From contig NW_024704742.1 of NCBI RefSeq assembly GCF_018977255.1, positions 123,816,001 through 123,880,000 on the forward strand: 64,000 nt of DNA, written 5' to 3'. The notes beneath the pieces are model-generated. The model was given only the letters and a program-made list of their open reading frames with translations. It was not told where the DNA came from and searched no databases. Both the position numbers and the translations under genes were made by a program. Positions 63,185-64,000 of the stretch are shown one piece after another (the first letter of the stretch is position 1; every line of letters begins with the position of its first letter). Origin of the DNA: Callorhinchus milii (Eukaryota).

Positions 63185-64000
63185 GTCTAAGATGATACTC
63201 CAATGTCGTGCTGGGGCGTGCTGCATTGTTGGAGGTGCTCTCTTTTGAATGAGATGTTAAACCGAGGTCTTGTCTTACTGCTCCTGGCACTATTCGAAAA
63301 GAGAAGGGTGTTTTAACTGGTGTACTGGCCAACAACGCTCAAATAAAATTGGTCATTCACTTCATGGCTCTTTGTGGAACCTTGCTGTGTGCAAATTGGC
63401 TGCCCATTTGTCCACAAACTACAGTCATTTGACTTTACAGTATATCCTGTGAAGCCCTTTGGGACGGCCTCCTAACATGAAAGGTACTGTACAAAATTCA
63501 AGGATATTTTAATATTTTCTTTCTGAGTGACTTTTATACCCATGAAAGTGAGGAATATCAAAGCACTGGACTCATTTAACAGATTGATGCCGCAATCTGA
63601 AGACGATAAGGCTGATGTTCTGAAAGGACAAAAAGAAATTGTTTGAAAGGTTTTCTTCATACCTCTATTTCTACTCTTGGGATTTTTATCTTCCTATTTT
63701 GAGCTGGATTAAAGTTCAGATTCCTGAAGTAAAACTTAATTCATGCTTTATTAATAATTTAATTTGATATAAAGCCTTATCAAGTTGTTGAGACATCTGT
63801 CCAGCATCTTGGGACGTCCTCTCGATGTGAAAGACACTTAACAAATGTAATCTTGTTGTTGTTGTTGAGACATCTGTGTATTTTGTGGATGAAACGCGGT
63901 AGCCAGATGTGCACAGCAATATCCCACAAACAGTCATGGAGTGAGTGACCGATTTTATTTTGGGGGATTGTTGGCTAGGATACTGGGAGAAATTCCCTTC

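Noticed and set aside
38500..64000. CDC20B, GPX8 and canonical mir-449 hairpins expected by synteny
   Set aside because: No recognisable exons or well-paired precursor found by eye; probably beyond the window, though small divergent exons could have been missed.
1..64000. CRISPR arrays, rRNA genes, operons
   Set aside because: Eukaryotic intron-containing locus; no regularly spaced repeat-spacer array or rRNA similarity seen.

Overview
Vertebrate genomic DNA, probably a cartilaginous fish (chimaera/shark-like, inferred from the Deu-domain tRNA-SINE and L2 LINE repeats). The + strand carries the conserved multiciliogenesis block: the last two coding exons of DHX29 (596-1718), a complete 3-exon CCNO (cyclin O; 17056-20744, 356 aa) and a complete 7-exon MCIDAS (multicilin; 24109-37838, 385 aa). 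I could not recognise CDC20B, GPX8 or an intact mir-449 hairpin in the remaining 26 kb. The rest is SINEs, L2 fragments, older repeats and large simple-sequence tracts around CCNO exon 1, which account for most of the long ORFs in the track. The most striking observation is a site about 10 nt after the MCIDAS stop codon that is almost fully complementary to miR-34c-5p (17 contiguous Watson-Crick pairs) and pairs with miR-449a around a central bulge. It is followed by a canonical miR-34/449 8mer, making it a candidate slicing or target-directed miRNA degradation element in the multiciliation circuit. Reference proteins, miRNAs and repeat consensuses were recalled from memory; no database searches were run.
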